A DNA stretch of 64,000 nt from Epithemia pelagica (GCA_946965045.2 OX337240.1:434001-498000); one strand, 5' to 3'. Counted from the stretch's first letter, positions 11,105 through 24,734 are shown. The notes: generated by a model not told the origin, from the letters alone. Numbers and translations are program-made.

Positions 11105-14100
11105 CTACGCCGTTTGTCCGTCACAGAATGTGCGAGCATTCTGAAACATTTGCAACCAGGGTCCCACCTCCCATGACTTGTCCGTCCACTCTTGAGGCAT
11201 CCAGGGCCATTGCCAAGACGTAAAGACACGTTCCGGGTGAGGCATGAGGGCCAAATGCCTTCCATCCGGTGAGCACAAGGCGGCAATTCCTTTGGGGCTG
11301 CCATTGGGATTGAAGGGATACTTCATGGTTACCGAGTTCGAGTCATCTACATAACGAATAGGAGCCAAATGATCGGTTTCAACCTTGTCCAGGACAGCAG
11401 GATCAGGAAAGTGAAACTTGCCTTCTCCATGGGCCACCCAAACTCCCAAGGAGGATCCCTCCATGCCTTTGAGCATAACCGCTGGACTTGTCTTTTCGAT
11501 TTGAACATTGACAAAGCGACTTTCAAACTTGCCGCTGTCATTATGTAGAAGCCGAGGTTGTTGCGTTTCTTTTTGAATAACGGTGTCCAGGGAGGGAACC
11601 CATCCCAAAACGGCCATGAGTTGGCAACCATTACAGACACCCAAACTAAATGTATCAGGTCGATTGCGAAAGGCTTCAAATTGTTTCAACAAACTGGGAT
11701 TGAACTTGATTACGCCAGCCCATCCCTTTCCACTGTCCAATACGTCGGCAAAGGAAAACCCGCCCACAAAAGCAATGCCACGGAATTGGTCCAAGGTCAC
11801 ATTGCCGTCTAGCAAATCGCTCACAGTGACATCCCATGCATCAAAACCTGCCGCGATGAAGGCTGCAATCATTTCACGATCACCATTGCTCCCTTCTTGC
11901 CGCAGAATTGCAACCTTGTGCTTGGAAGAGACAGGGGCATCCAAAAGAGAAGCTGGAGTGGGAGTGGGTTCATAAGTCAATGACCATGCAGGAGCCTTGC
12001 GATGCTTCAGACCCTCTTCTTCTTGAACAACGCATTCAGGGTTCCGTTGTCGTTTCTCCAAGATGAAACTTGTCGCCTCCCATTTATCTCGCAACTCAGC
12101 CGTACTGCCTTGAAGCTGCAGAGTTCCATCAATGGCAACCTTGATGGTTGGATCGAGAGTGACCGAGCCAATTTCCATGACAGTTGGAACACCCACATCT
12201 TGAAAGGCCTTCACGACCATGGCTGCCTCGGCCGTTGCAACTTGTAGAACAAAGCCAACTTCTTCGGCAAACAAAATGTCCAAGGCGGTCGTTTCAGACG
12301 TTGTTTTTACAGGTAGATTGACGTCGATGCCGCAGTTTCCGGAAAAGGCCATTTCCAGGAGCGTCACAATCAAGCCACCATCGGACCGATCATGACCCGC
12401 CCAGACTTTGCGTTCGTCAATGAGTTTCTGGAGCACTTCAATGCTGGATTTCAAAATAGTAAAATCCTCCAAATCCGGCGATATGGTACCCACTTGATTG
12501 TACACTTGAGCCAAGGCCGATCCACCCAAACGAGCCTGACCAGCCCCCAAGTCGACATAGACGAGTGTGGATTCCTCATTGGCCCGTTTCAGGTCTGGTG
12601 TTACCGTCTTGGTGATATCCGGACACGTCACGTAGCAGGTCAGAACGAGTTCTCCGGGTGCCTTGACCACCTCGTCACCACACTTGGCGGCCATGGAAAG
12701 TGAGTCTTTGCCACCATCAATGGAAACATGGAGTGTCAACAGGGAATCCCGAAGAGCTTGACAGGCGTCGTACATTTTGGCTCCTTCGCCGGGTAATTTG
12801 GCGGCGTACATCCAATTGCCACTGGCCTTGACATGGGTCAAACTGGAAATGGGAGCCCACATGAGATTGGTCATGGCCTCTGCCACTGTCATGCGTGCCA
12901 TGCTGGCGGTATTGATCAAACCTTTAATGGGTTGTTCGCCACAGGCAACGGCCGTTCCCGTAATACCAAAATGAGTATGGGCCGTCACAGCGACATTAGA
13001 GAGAGGTAGTTGCAAGGGACCAACACATTGCTGTTGCGCACACAGCCCTGTCACGGATCGATCCACCTTGTGAACCAAGAATCGTTTCGAACCCACCGAG
13101 ACGAGTCGCAGCACACGATCCAACGCCATGTCGACTGTTAAACCATCTGGGAGGGACAAGGCTTGCGTCTCCATGGGCAATCGCTCATCGACAAAGGTTT
13201 TTTGCGGCATTTTCCCCAGGACCAGTTCCAACGGCAAATCTACCACAGGCGATACAGCCGCTTGGGGTGCCGAATCGTGAACCACTACTCGTCCGTCGCC
13301 CGTGACATGGCCCAAATGCGTCACGGGACATTTTTCTCGTTTCCCAATCGCCTGGACCATGTCCCAATCTTTGGAACGGATTAAAATGGCATTGTTTTCT
13401 TGGTATTCGGCTCCCCACAATTCCAAGACACTGAGCGTATCATCGCCCACCAAGACTTTGCGAATATCGTACACGGCTCCCGCGGGTTCGACAATTTCCT
13501 TCAACACATTGCCATTGCCCCCGGCTCCTTGATCATGGACCGAGACAATGGGATTGGCATCTCCCAAATCACAACAGGCTCTCATGAACCGGTTGAGTCG
13601 ATTTTCCATTTCGGCATCACCACGTTGGACGGCATCAAAATCCAAGTCGGCATGTTCCGAACTTTGGACGCGCGACGATGCCGCACCACCGCCAATACCA
13701 ATGCGGTAGGCTGGACCACCCAACTTGATAATCCACATGTCTTTTTCACACTCGCCCTTGACGGTATGGCGCCCGTCCAATTGTCCAATACCGGCCGAAA
13801 ACAAAATAGGTTTGACCCATTCGTATCGGGGACCCGTTGTTCCCGACAAGCGTTGTCCAAACGATCGAGTAAAGCCTCCCAATACAGGCTCACCATACTT
13901 GTTGCCATAATCAGAGGTTCCATCACTCCCCTCAATCAAAATATTGAGAGGGGACGCCATGTTGTTGGGATACACAAAGGCGTCCTGGTCCTTTTCGGGC
14001 TCTTCCCACGGCAGCGCATGTTCTCCCGGCAAGCGCAACTGTCCCACACAATAGGCACAAATACCAGCAATGGGATAGGCACCTCGTCCCGTGGCCATGA

Positions 14101-15420
14101 CATCGCGCAATCGTCCTCCCGTGCCCGTTTCGGCACCAGGAAAGGGTGCGACGCCGGTGGGAAAATTGTGTGTTTCGGCCGTCAAGAGGGGATGCAATTC
14201 TTGCGATTGCAATTGGACCGACGACGCTTGATGAACCGACGTGGGATGCAAGGCCTTTGCGCACATATATCCTCGAATGGCCGACGAATTGTCATGAAAG
14301 GCAATGACGGAATTTTCTTGCACAGTCGGATTGGCCAAGGTAGCCTTGACCATTTGAAACAAGGTTTCTGGCATTTCTTTTCCATTGATAATTAACTTGC
14401 CTCCAAAGAACCAATGACGAGAATGCTCGGAGTTGGATTGTCCCATGTCAAAACATTCGACATTGGTAGGATTCCGACCCAATCGTTCCTGTTGAAACAC
14501 ACACAAGTGTTGTCGTAGAGAATGATGATACCATGACATAGAGAACCGAATCGCAACAACAAATATATGTCCAGAGAAGAGTTGACAACGTCGCAAAGGG
14601 GGCAAAAATGGACACAAAAAGATTGGTCGAGACCAACGCGTGAGACACGTGCCGATCAATCCAAGCACCCAATCTCCATGCAACGGGTGGTCGTGTATAT
14701 CGATTGATTTACCTGAAAGAGTTTGGTATAATATTCCAAATCAAAGTCATCAAATCCCAATCCCATTTCTTGATTCAATTGCTCCAAGGCCGTTTGTCCT
14801 TGTTCCAAAATGGGAATGGTTCGGACGGGTTCCGGAACATGATCAATCGCATCAAATTGCAAGGGTGTCGTATATTCTTGTTGCGTCATGCGATCGTGCA
14901 AACCGTCGCGAATCACGGCTTGCGCTGGAGAAGAGAGTGGGTCGGACAAGCCAAAGAGGTAGCGTTGAGATTTTTCCAATCGTTGCAAGGATTCCGGACA
15001 GGCACAGGCTTGACAAATACTAATGGCATTGGACGAAAAGGCGGACGTAAAGGTCAAACGAGGTCCAAATTCCACCAACCATGAATGAGGGGATGTGGTG
15101 GATGTGGTGGTGGACAAAAAGGGTTGTTCCAATTGCAATCCCTTGGGATCAAAGGTTTCGGCCAAGAGCCACTCCAAGGTTTGTTGGTGGGTGGGTGACA
15201 GAGGATAAGACGATGACGACGACGCTTCTGGTTCGCCGTGTGGTTCAATCAAGACATTGAAACAATCTTCCGTCTCCACCGACAAGAGTTTGGTCGCTTC
15301 CTCCGACAAGCCAGCTCGAATGAGTTCTTGTTGCAAATTGGACAAGAAGGAATGCAATGGCTTGGTGGTTCGATAATAGTGCAAGACCACACGGCCCTTG
15401 TGGTCCGTCGTGCTGGTCAT
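11105..15420 (-). CDS. PFAS: Phosphoribosylformylglycinamidine synthase (large PurL), 2 exons
   Basis: Exon 1 15420-14713, intron 14712-14490, exon 2 14489-11105. Motifs AETHNFPT, GAETGTGG, HDQGAGG, HDRSDGGL, GGFSFAD, LGVCNGCQ (glutaminase Cys) and MPHPER. Confidence 0.97.
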
Positions 15421-16078
15421 ATTGTACTGCTGTGCAAGTCTCGTGGTTCTTTCTCTCAATCACTGGTCGTCTTGTGGATCAACAAGAGGCGATATTTTCT
15501 CTGATTTTAGAGGCGTCCACGAATTCCTTTTCCTCGCCTTGTCGAGTAGCAACAATGGAGATAGGGTCGAGCAACGTCAATCCAGAAACACGGACTGACA
15601 ACACGCAACAGTATCTGTTGTTGTGGGCGAGAGCCACAGACAAACAAAACAACACCTTGTCCAAATCCCCACGAAAAAGTGAGTGCCAATAAGTCGTTGA
15701 CGCACAGGTTCCAGACACACACACAGATCAACGTTGGTCTCGGGAGTCGGGAGGTTTTGTCCTTCTTCAAACACACGCTCGGCAAGAATCTTTCCAAAGA
15801 ATGTGGGTGTGATGGATGGCTGCCATTCACCACCCAAAAAATCTTTGTGGTTGGTCGTCTGGATCTTTGATGGGCTTCGTGGAAGGGTGCGCGTTTGGCC
15901 AAAAGATTCGTGTCTGGACGTCGATCGACAAACGTCACACTCGGAACCGGACGTACAGACGCCCCCCAAAAACGACGATAGGGATATCCCTGAATTCGAA
16001 AAAAGATCGTAACGACCCCCCCCCAAAAAAAGACGGCAGATCTTTGGACGAAATCTTGCGTCACATCATCCTGTCACC

Positions 16079-17590
16079 ATGGCAACAACGGACGAACCAA
16101 CGTCCACAACAACCACAAGCATCCATCCTGAAGAGGAGGATGGGTTGCCCTCCTTGTTTCTATCCATGGGATCGGAAACGAGTGACTTGAGCGATGCCAC
16201 ACTGCAAGACTGTTTGGCACGGTTTCTCGAGGCACTGGGTCCTCGCGACGACGTGTTGTTGTTGCCACCAGATTTTTCACGCGTTCATTCGCAAGCGGGC
16301 AAAATTACACGCATGATTTGTGAACAGTACCGTTTCATTCCCAAACAGGAACAGGAAAAAGAAGAATCGACGGAAGCAACCACCACCACCACCACCACCA
16401 CCACACCACTGTCCACGCCCAAGATTCAAATTTTGCCCGCCTTGGGCACTCATGCACCCATGACGCGGGAGGAAATTCAAAAAATGTATGGACCGGAATT
16501 GGCTCAAAAGTCACCGGATTGTTTTGTCGTGCATGATTGGAGAAACGACGTGGTCACGATTGGTCACGTGTCGGCCGAAATGGTGCAAAAGGCCACCTAC
16601 AATACGGTCGATCGTCCCTGGCCCGTCCAATTGAATCAAACCGTGTGGGCCAAACGCAAATGTTTGGTTTCCCAACCATCCAACGATGGCAACAGCAACA
16701 ACAACAATAGGCCGCCGAAAAAGCCCTATCCCTTGGTGTTGAGCATTGGTCAAGTCGTCCCGCACGAAGTCATGGGTATGTCCAATTTCAACAAAAACTT
16801 GTTTGTGGGAACGGGCGGTGTCCAAGCCATTAATTTGTCCCATTTCATTGGAGCCGTTCATGGGATGGAACGCATGATGGGACGACAAGACAATCCGCTG
16901 CGGGACATTTTGAATCAGGCCTCAACCGAATTTTTGCACGACGAATTGGATTTGTGGTACATCTTGACCGTCGTGGCACAAGATGCCGCCACGGGCCAAC
17001 TCTGTATCCGAGGCTTGTATATTGGCAATGACATGGGCTGTTATTCGCAAGCCTGTCAGCTCAGTTTACAAGTCAATTTTACCGTCGTGGACCAACCCAT
17101 TCCACGCTGCGTCGTGTATTTGGATCCAGACGAATTTCACAGCACCTGGCTAGGCAACAAGGCCATTTATCGAACCCGCATGGCCATGGCCGATCATGGA
17201 CACTTGATTATTTTGGCACCAGGAGTTCAACGGTTTGGCGAAGACGACCAAGTGGATGCCTTGATTCGCCAATACGGCTATTTTGGTACCCCCAAAACCA
17301 TGCAACAACTCCAAGACCATTCCGAACTCCAAGACAATCTATCGGCAGTCGCACACTTGATTCATGGATCGTCCGAAGGTCGTTTCCGTATCACCTATTG
17401 TCCAGGACACTTGACCCAGGAGGAAATTACCAGTGTCGGCTTTGACTATCAAGACTTGGCCGAGGCTTTGCAACGCTACGACATTACCACCCTCGCGGAT
17501 GGCTGGAATACCGATGAGGAAGGAGACTTTTATTTCATTCGCAAACCATCCTTGGGATTGTGGACCGTCCAATCTCGATTTGAGAAATAA
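16079..17590 (+). CDS. LarA-superfamily (lactate racemase domain, DUF2088) nickel-pincer-dependent 2-hydroxyacid racemase/epimerase
   Basis: Intronless. Motifs LLPPDFSR, ILPALGTH, VHDWRND, GQVVPHEVMG, FNKNLFVG, NLSHF, STWLGNKAIYRTR and AHLIHGSSEGRF, as in bacterial LarA homologues. Confidence 0.8.
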   Translation: MATTDEPTSTTTTSIHPEEEDGLPSLFLSMGSETSDLSDATLQDCLARFLEALGPRDDVLLLPPDFSRVHSQAGKITRMICEQYRFIPKQEQEKEESTEATTTTTTTTTPLSTPKIQILPALGTHAPMTREEIQKMYGPELAQKSPDCFVVHDWRNDVVTIGHVSAEMVQKATYNTVDRPWPVQLNQTVWAKRKCLVSQPSNDGNSNNNNRPPKKPYPLVLSIGQVVPHEVMGMSNFNKNLFVGTGGVQAINLSHFIGAVHGMERMMGRQDNPLRDILNQASTEFLHDELDLWYILTVVAQDAATGQLCIRGLYIGNDMGCYSQACQLSLQVNFTVVDQPIPRCVVYLDPDEFHSTWLGNKAIYRTRMAMADHGHLIILAPGVQRFGEDDQVDALIRQYGYFGTPKTMQQLQDHSELQDNLSAVAHLIHGSSEGRFRITYCPGHLTQEEITSVGFDYQDLAEALQRYDITTLADGWNTDEEGDFYFIRKPSLGLWTVQSRFEK

Positions 17591-17984
17591 AGAGGAGGAA
17601 CAGAAGAGTAAAACTATCGAAGAGAGAGAAAACATTCGGTCGATGTGGAAGGAATGGAGCTCTCTTTTGACAATAGACATTGGAATCGTCTTGCTCCTCT
17701 GGACACATAGCGTTGTATCGACAAATTCCATCCAAAAGGAAACGTCGTCGCACAACACAGCTCCTTTTCCGAGGCTTTTCTTTTATCCATATCTCAGGGC
17801 ACTTTCATGAAGCCTCCCTCTACGGTCGAGGCATTGGTTCCTTTCTTTGAAAGACCTGTAGAAAACATAATGATGAGTCATGCCTTTTCGCCTCGTGGCA
17901 ACACACTGGTTTTGTATGGTTCAGTGACAAGTAGGAAGAAGCATCCCGAACAAACCCAATGTTTTGATGCATCCAATTCGTTTC

Positions 17985-19915
17985 TCAAAGCGCTTCCAGA
18001 CCTTGCAGGGTAATGGTATAGGGGACTGGAACGGTCGGTGTGGCAATAAGATTGCTCTTGACAATGGACGCGTACCCCTTGGTACGCTGTTCAGGGGGAT
18101 GGTCCGACGGGTAGGGAGTGTCCATTGCCGGAGTGAATAAAATACGGGTCGAAACACAATGATGCCAACTGGTTCCCAAGGCGGCCCGAAAGGACGAACC
18201 GTGATTCGACGTGTGATCCTGACCGTCGTTGTGGATTCGGAGAAAGGTTGTCGTATCGTAGAAGTAATGGTAGTTGTTGTAATCATGGGAATCCAATGAC
18301 TCTTGGTTTGTGGTTGTTGCGTTTTCATTGTGCTCGTCGGCGTTCTCCTCCCACCATGCGGCTTGCGTATCGGCTTGTCGTGATTCCCTTCTCTCCAATG
18401 TCGATCCATCTGTGTTGGACGATGCCACTTGATTGACCACCACGACACAGACCTGAAATTCGTGAGCCATTCGTTTCAAGGTTTGTGCCACTTGGAGCAA
18501 CTGTTGGGAAGAGGAGGATGAATGAGAATGGCGACGAAAGGGTGCCGCAATACTGTCCACCACAATCAAGGATACAGGCCGTCGTCGTCGTCGTCGTTGT
18601 TGTTGTTGTTGTTGAGGATAAGAGTCGTCCAGGATGGAATGTTGTTGTTGCTGTTTCGGCGCCCGTAACGAAGTGTACCATCCATCTTCCGATGCCGCGT
18701 GACTATGGGAAGGCTCCAGCCAACCATTCTGTGAATATGGCGCATCCAGGGCCATGGTGGTTCGATCTCCAGTCATGTTTACTGTGGATTCTTGTTCCTC
18801 TTCTTCTTCGTGTTCTTCCTTGTTCAAATACACAAACTCTTGTACTTGGACCAAAATGGTTTGCACCAAATCTTCTAGAGAGGACTCGGGAAAAGACCAA
18901 TACTCAATGGGATACGACGAATCCTCATACGGCAATCCTCTACTACTGGAGGAGACATGTCCTTCGGGTCGTACCAGTGAACCCGTGTGGTCCTGGTACT
19001 CATACTCGTCGTGTGGTTCGAGTCGTGTCGCTGTCGCTGTAGCTGCGGCCATTTCTCGCAACCGATGACGAGCCATGGCTTTGCCTTCGGTGTCAATGTA
19101 AATCGCCGTTTCCCCTCGTCGTTGTGCTGCGACATGGAGACAGAGTTGAAAGGCACACTGTGATTTGCCAACGCCTGCGGGACCTACCAGTTCCGTCACG
19201 GTTGCCCTGGACAAGCCGCCATGGGGCAACAATTGTTGATCCAATTCCCTCAATCCAGTCGGCAGGCCGGTTCCAACTCCAGGAAACACAGAAGCGCCGA
19301 CCGCGGTGGGTTGCCGATTCGATGGTTGTTCGTCTTGCCAAAGATCCCAGGCAGTCGTACCGGTCGTAGTGGTGGTGGTGGTAGTGGAGTGGGTGGTTTC
19401 GGGGGAACAAACGGCTGCAATTCGTCGTTGCAGTTCTTGACATTCCACTGTACAGCATGTATGATAAGGAACCAATCGTGAGAGAACGAAAAAACCACAC
19501 TCGACAGTATATATCCAATGGACACGGTATTGTACGCACCGTAGGTCAAGAGGGGATCCAAGGTTTTCACCAAGGTCCAGAGGGGGAGCCAGAAAAAGTC
19601 ACCCACCGTCTTGATTTTCACAGTCCCACTCGCATTCATATTCCACAATGGACCCTCTTCAACGAGAAACCATGAAGGATGGGACGACGACGATGCCAGT
19701 TTGACGTGTTGCAACTTGTCACAAAGTTGCATCCGAAGCTGAATGGCTGCATCTTGTCGTTGCGCTTCTTGTTCTTCTTGTGCTTCTTTGGCAGTAGCAT
19801 TCTCCCTGGAGTCGACGTCCTCCCTACCCAACGAGGAGCCGTCATTTGCTTCCTCCACCAGTCCTTCAAAGACGGACAGCGGCAATCGAGCCAAACTTCG
19901 ATGCGAGGCGCTCAT
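17985..19915 (-). CDS. RAD51B: RAD51 paralogue, most like RAD51B
   Basis: Exon 19915-19540, intron 19539-19448, exon 19447-17985. N-terminal QLCDKL...TVGDFFWLP domain; LRELDQQL..GG; Walker A GPAGVGKSQ; Walker B LIVVDSIAA; VVVVNQV; ALGTSWHHCVSTR. Long low-complexity inserts. Confidence 0.75.
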
Positions 19916-20119
19916 GGCTCATGGTCAAAATGCGTGTTCGAAAAACTGGAAACCAATGACATGTCACGTTTGGGCGACCGATAACACGGAAGTGCGAGTC
20001 GCACTACAGCAGCTAGGCAGATAGTAGATAAGACTGAACGATATATCTAGAGCTACGGATAGTATATCTATTCTCCATGTCTGGCTTGTATTCTTCTGCC
20101 ATTCAGAATGGTAACCTTC

Positions 20120-21286
20120 TCATGGACACTTGTTGGTATGATTGATGATCACATGGTTGAGTCGAGGACGAATGGAGGCAAACGTGGGGCGAAGTTGGGG
20201 CACTGGATTCCAGCACTCTTGCAAAAGGGCTCGTAGTTCGTCCGAGGCAACTCGTTTCAAGTTTGGTGTAATGACATCACTTTCGACACATTGCTTGAGG
20301 CAAAGGAGGCGTTGGTGCGCCTTTACCTTGCTGACCCTGTCTTGATAGGGTTTGTCGAGGGCACAAACGTGCCACAAGAGTATACCAAACGAGTACACAT
20401 CGGCCGAAAAGGTGTAGATGGACGAGTGCGCTTGCGCCACTTCGGGAGCCATGTACCGGAGTGTGCCAGCCTTGACACTGGTACACACTCCGTCTTGGTC
20501 GTGCAATGGTGTGGCCAAGCCAAAGTCCACCAATCGGACTGTACCGTGTCGATCCAAACAGACATTGGATGGCTTCAAGTCGCGAAACAAAATACAATGC
20601 TGGTGCAAAAATAACATGGCATCCACAATTCCCAATACAACTTGCTGCACTCGCTCTAATTCTAGGGAGGCACTGGACAGTGTTCCAGCAACGTCTCCGA
20701 ATCGTCGTCGTCGTCGCCACAAGAATGGACGACGAACCGAGCAAGCCTGCGTCAGCTTCCAGCGTTGGAGACGAGCCGCCAGAGTTTCGACCAATTGTTC
20801 TTCGAGGAAAAAGGCTGTTTCGGGGGACTGATCCCAAAAATCCCGAGAGATTGCCTGAAGTTGTACAATATTGGGATGATACGGCAAGCTGGAAAGGATT
20901 CGAACTTCATTGTGAAGGTCTTCCAAGCCAATTCTGGTATGAATTGGACACGACAAGGTTTCTTGATGAAGCCGTTTCATGGCATAGGGTTTGTCTGCCA
21001 GTGCTACGACATGGTCCTGGTCGTCCTCAGTATCGTTGGACGACGACAAAGTCGAAGAATCTGTCGTTGAAATGGTCGTACAAGATGTTAATTCGTTGGA
21101 TTCTTTCATGGTCTTCCACAAGAGGCTGCGATTGGGGGTGTCACCACTCCCACTTTCATCTTCTTCCGCAGGACGAATGCAAACACTGCAGACACTGGAA
21201 AATCCACCCTCTCCCAGGACTTGGCCTACCACAAGTTGGTGGAGATCCACAGTGGGCAGCTTGGTACAGGCTTGCATCGATGGCAT
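20120..21286 (-). CDS. Protein kinase, TKL-like
   Basis: LGEGGFSSV, YAMKRL, HPNIVQL, FRDLKPSN, VDFGLA, GTLRYMAPE, ADVYSFGILLW and RPTF. Confidence 0.9.
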   Translation of the reverse strand: MPSMQACTKLPTVDLHQLVVGQVLGEGGFSSVCSVCIRPAEEDESGSGDTPNRSLLWKTMKESNELTSCTTISTTDSSTLSSSNDTEDDQDHVVALADKPYAMKRLHQETLSCPIHTRIGLEDLHNEVRILSSLPYHPNIVQLQAISRDFWDQSPETAFFLEEQLVETLAARLQRWKLTQACSVRRPFLWRRRRRFGDVAGTLSSASLELERVQQVVLGIVDAMLFLHQHCILFRDLKPSNVCLDRHGTVRLVDFGLATPLHDQDGVCTSVKAGTLRYMAPEVAQAHSSIYTFSADVYSFGILLWHVCALDKPYQDRVSKVKAHQRLLCLKQCVESDVITPNLKRVASDELRALLQECWNPVPQLRPTFASIRPRLNHVIINHTNKCP

Positions 21287-21922
21287 GACGAAATTTTGTG
21301 TGAACCATTCCGATGAGAGACTGGATGACTGATGGTTTCTTTCATGTTGTCACTTGTGGATGGCTTCGGCTGCTCTGGTCGGAAATTTCTCCTTGCTTTT
21401 GTTTGCGTTTCCGTCATCGTGGTTGATTTGTGTTGATGGGTCCACATCAAAGGGAAAAATGCAATCCCCCGAACTCGGAAGTAAAAAGGGAATAGTCTAT
21501 TCTTCCAGCTGCCGCGCCTACCCGCTAGGGTACGGTCGACCGACTGCCCTGGCGCCATTACTCTCGGAATCATGGAGCGGGGGGACAGCCCGCTTGTGAC
21601 AAGGGGCCACATAGACGAACCGCTTTTCGGGCCCCACATCTAGCCCTCCCAATCTCCGAAATCCGAAACAATAGGTTCTACTGGTTACTCTTTGAGCTAC
21701 TGTGTAATCTCACTGGGGAGTCGGACTAACTATCGGGGGTTCCTCACCCTCTGGTGGGGGTTCGGGCCCCTGGAATCTGCGATGCCCCCTTTTTCGAGGA
21801 GCTCAGAATCGGTGTGTTTTGTTATTGTTCGGTCTTGTCGGTGCAGTTGCAGTGCATTCCATCAGACTGTCATAAAACTTGCGGACTGCCATCATCATCA
21901 TCATCAACCTCATCATCATAAT

Positions 21923-24297
21923 ATGGAGGACGAGCATCCCGCCGTGAACCGCTCCGGCGAGGATGAGGATGAATCGGAAAATTTGACCGATGAAACTCAT
22001 AATCAGCAACAGCAACAGCAACACAGGTCAGTGGCGGCGGCGGCGGCGGCTGTGGCGGTTCCACTGGCTGCTCCTGCTTCGGCGGCTCCCATTCCGCCAC
22101 CACCACCACCCGACCGGGTGAGCAACCATGTAGACTACAATATCAACAATGACCAGGATCGGCGAGTGCATGCCCTGTCCGTTTCCAATCGGTCTTCGGG
22201 AAGTTTCAACAACAATAACCACAATGCCAGTACTTTGTTACGAGGGCAAGCCTCTCAACCGCAACACCCTACATCTTCATCCTCGGGTGGCGTGGGGTAC
22301 GAACTGTCGGTGGGAGCCGCCTTGAGTATGCGAAACATTCAGCAAAGTTCCGGTTTTCCGAATCATCGTCATCTCTCGGACGAATATCACCATCCGGACG
22401 AATCCTTTGATGATCCCGAAGAGGATGAGGAGGAGGAAGAAAATGTCGAACAAAATTCTTGTGGATGGTCCGTGGTGGAACTTGCCCAAAATCCAGGATT
22501 GGCGCCTTCGGCACGATCCTTGCATGCCGCAGCTCTGTTGGTACGTATAGAGAGAGTCAACTTGTACTTGCGTTGAGGTTTCTCCTAAGCCAAGTTTTTG
22601 TGTTTCTGATTCACGATTATTGTCGGACTCTGTGTTTTTTCGAACTCGAAACAACAATTTTCAGAATGGTATTCTATACGTATTTGGAGGCTATGATGGA
22701 AATCATCGAGGTAGGTTTTCACGAGGTTCTTGATCAGCTTTCTCCCCAAACTCCCTTTGCTCATGATGTTCCTGCTGTGGCTCGCCATTGTCACATTAGT
22801 CAATACATTTCACGCCTTTTCCTTTGCCGACAAGCGATGGTCTCCCGTTCTGCCCTCGGCGAACTCGGCTCTTCCACCATCCCCTCGAGATCGTCACATT
22901 GCTGTGGCCTTTGGCAATTCGCTCTTTATTCATGGAGGCTTTGATGGAACGTCGCGTGTGGCTGACTTTTGGGCCTTTGATTTTTCCACAATGACCTGGC
23001 GGGAAGTCTTTGCCTTGCAAGGTCGAGCGCCTTCGGCACGTCATTCGCATGCCGCGACGGTCCACAAAAACAGTCTCTTTATCTTTGGTGGGTACGATGG
23101 TTCGTACAAGTCGGATTTGCACGAATTTGATTTCACGACCAGTCAATGGACGGCCATCTCCAGTTTGGGCCGGCGCCCCAGGGCCCGTTATCGGGCCACA
23201 TTGGTCGCACACAAGAATTCCCTCGTCTTGTTTGGAGGGCACGATGGAACCCGACACATGAGCGACACACATGTGTTTGACGTCGACTCTCGTACTTGGA
23301 CGTCCTTGGTTGTGGAAGGGACGCCGCCGATTCCCCGCGACTCTCATGTTTCGGTGGTGCATGGCAATTCCATGTATGGTGAGTGAATTCCGGAGTGCTA
23401 GTGTTGGTTTGAGTCGTTGTTTCTGTGACTCAAACTTGGATTTTCCACAGTCTTTGGTGGCAGTTCGGGGAGTGCCATGAATGATCTTCATGAACTTCAA
23501 TTATCGTCCAATTTGATTGGACAAGCTCGGTGGCGGACCGTCAATACCTTTCGGGCAGATCAACCGCGACATCGGTTCTGCCATGTTGGTGTGGTGGCAC
23601 ATGGTACGTAGGCGAGAAGAAGTGAAAAGGATCTCGGTAGAATGGCAGTACATCTCACCGAGTCTGTCGTCCTGTAGATTCTCTCTATGTGTTTGGTGGT
23701 TACGATGGCTCGGATCGGTTGAACGATTTCATCAAATTTGACTTTGCGGTGTACGACTTGAGTTTTGACGTTCCCTCGTCAACGATTGTGTCCGACTTTC
23801 GATCCTTAATCAACAATGACACCTTGTCCGATGTGACCTTTGTGGTGGAAGATCGAGAAATTTATGCCCACAAGTTAATGCTGGTACGATGTTCCTACTT
23901 TCAGTCTCTGTTTTTGGGACAAATGAAGGAATCCAAATTATCCACCATTCATATTGAACAAGTACGACATCCCATCTTTTTGGCCGTCCTGGAGTACCTC
24001 TACACGGATCATTTGAAAATTCCGCTCGCCACCGCCATGGAGTTGTTTGAGGCGGCGGATTTGTTTTGTATTCCTCGTCTCAAGACCATGTGTGAGAAAC
24101 GCATGCTCCAATCCATTACGGTCGAAACGGCCGCCAGTATTTTTCATGCGGCCGACATGCATTCGGCCGCGGCCTTGCGACAAAAGGCACGCAAGTACAT
24201 TTTGTCGCATTTTGAAGAAGTCTCCAAAACGAGTAGCTTTGAAGAAATGGGTCGACAAAACATTGATCTCGTCTTTGAAATTTTGCAAAACCGATGA
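21923..24297 (+). CDS. Kelch-repeat plus BTB/POZ protein (LZTR1-like), 5 exons
   Basis: Exons about 21923-22540, 22665-22710, 22800-23378, 23451-23604 and 23678-24297. Repeated FGGYDG/FGGHDG kelch blades; BTB SDVTFVVEDREIYAHKLML.RCSYF...LEYLYTD. Confidence 0.88.
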
Positions 24298-24734
24298 CAA
24301 CCAATGCCGTACGGACCATGATTGACGTTTGCTCTATCTCGGCAAAGGTCGAGATGCAAACGAACTATACCCTCTTTACAGAACCTCAACCCTACTTATA
24401 GATTGGCAGACGGCAAAGTATATGCACACAGACGACTAACCTTTATCATAGGCCTGGTTTTCTTGGTTTCCTCCGAATAGTCCTTTACTTACCTGGATCG
24501 CAAAACTGTGCAGAGAGAGGCCATTCAATCCGCCCATGATGGTGATGATGGCCACACACACTCTACAAACACATCTTGAACAACACTTTTGTTGTAGTAG
24601 TATGGATCGTATTCTATGTTACTTGTTCGGCCACAAGAGACGACCTCTCCTAGATAGTAGAGGCGTGTGGGTTCCCCACACTCCTCCTCGTGTTCTCCTC
24701 TGTGGTTTCCTGCGCCGCCACTCGGTTCTCTCTC

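Noticed and set aside
13400-14395. Long antisense ORFs opposite PFAS, and similarly opposite the LRR, kinase, iminopeptidase and SIT genes
   Set aside because: Antisense shadows caused by codon bias; no motifs.
21500-21790. GC-rich segment with small hairpins (e.g. TACCC-GCTA-GGGTA) as a candidate ncRNA or collapsed TIR
   Set aside because: No tRNA cloverleaf, SRP, RNase P/MRP or snRNA signature found and no TSD. It is most simply the shared promoter of the kinase and Kelch-BTB genes.
24486-24497. TTACTTACCTGG, resembling the 5' end of U1 snRNA
   Set aside because: No ATTGCAC loop II, Sm site or U1 stems follow. It reads better as a minus-strand splice donor (CAG/GTAAGT) or chance.
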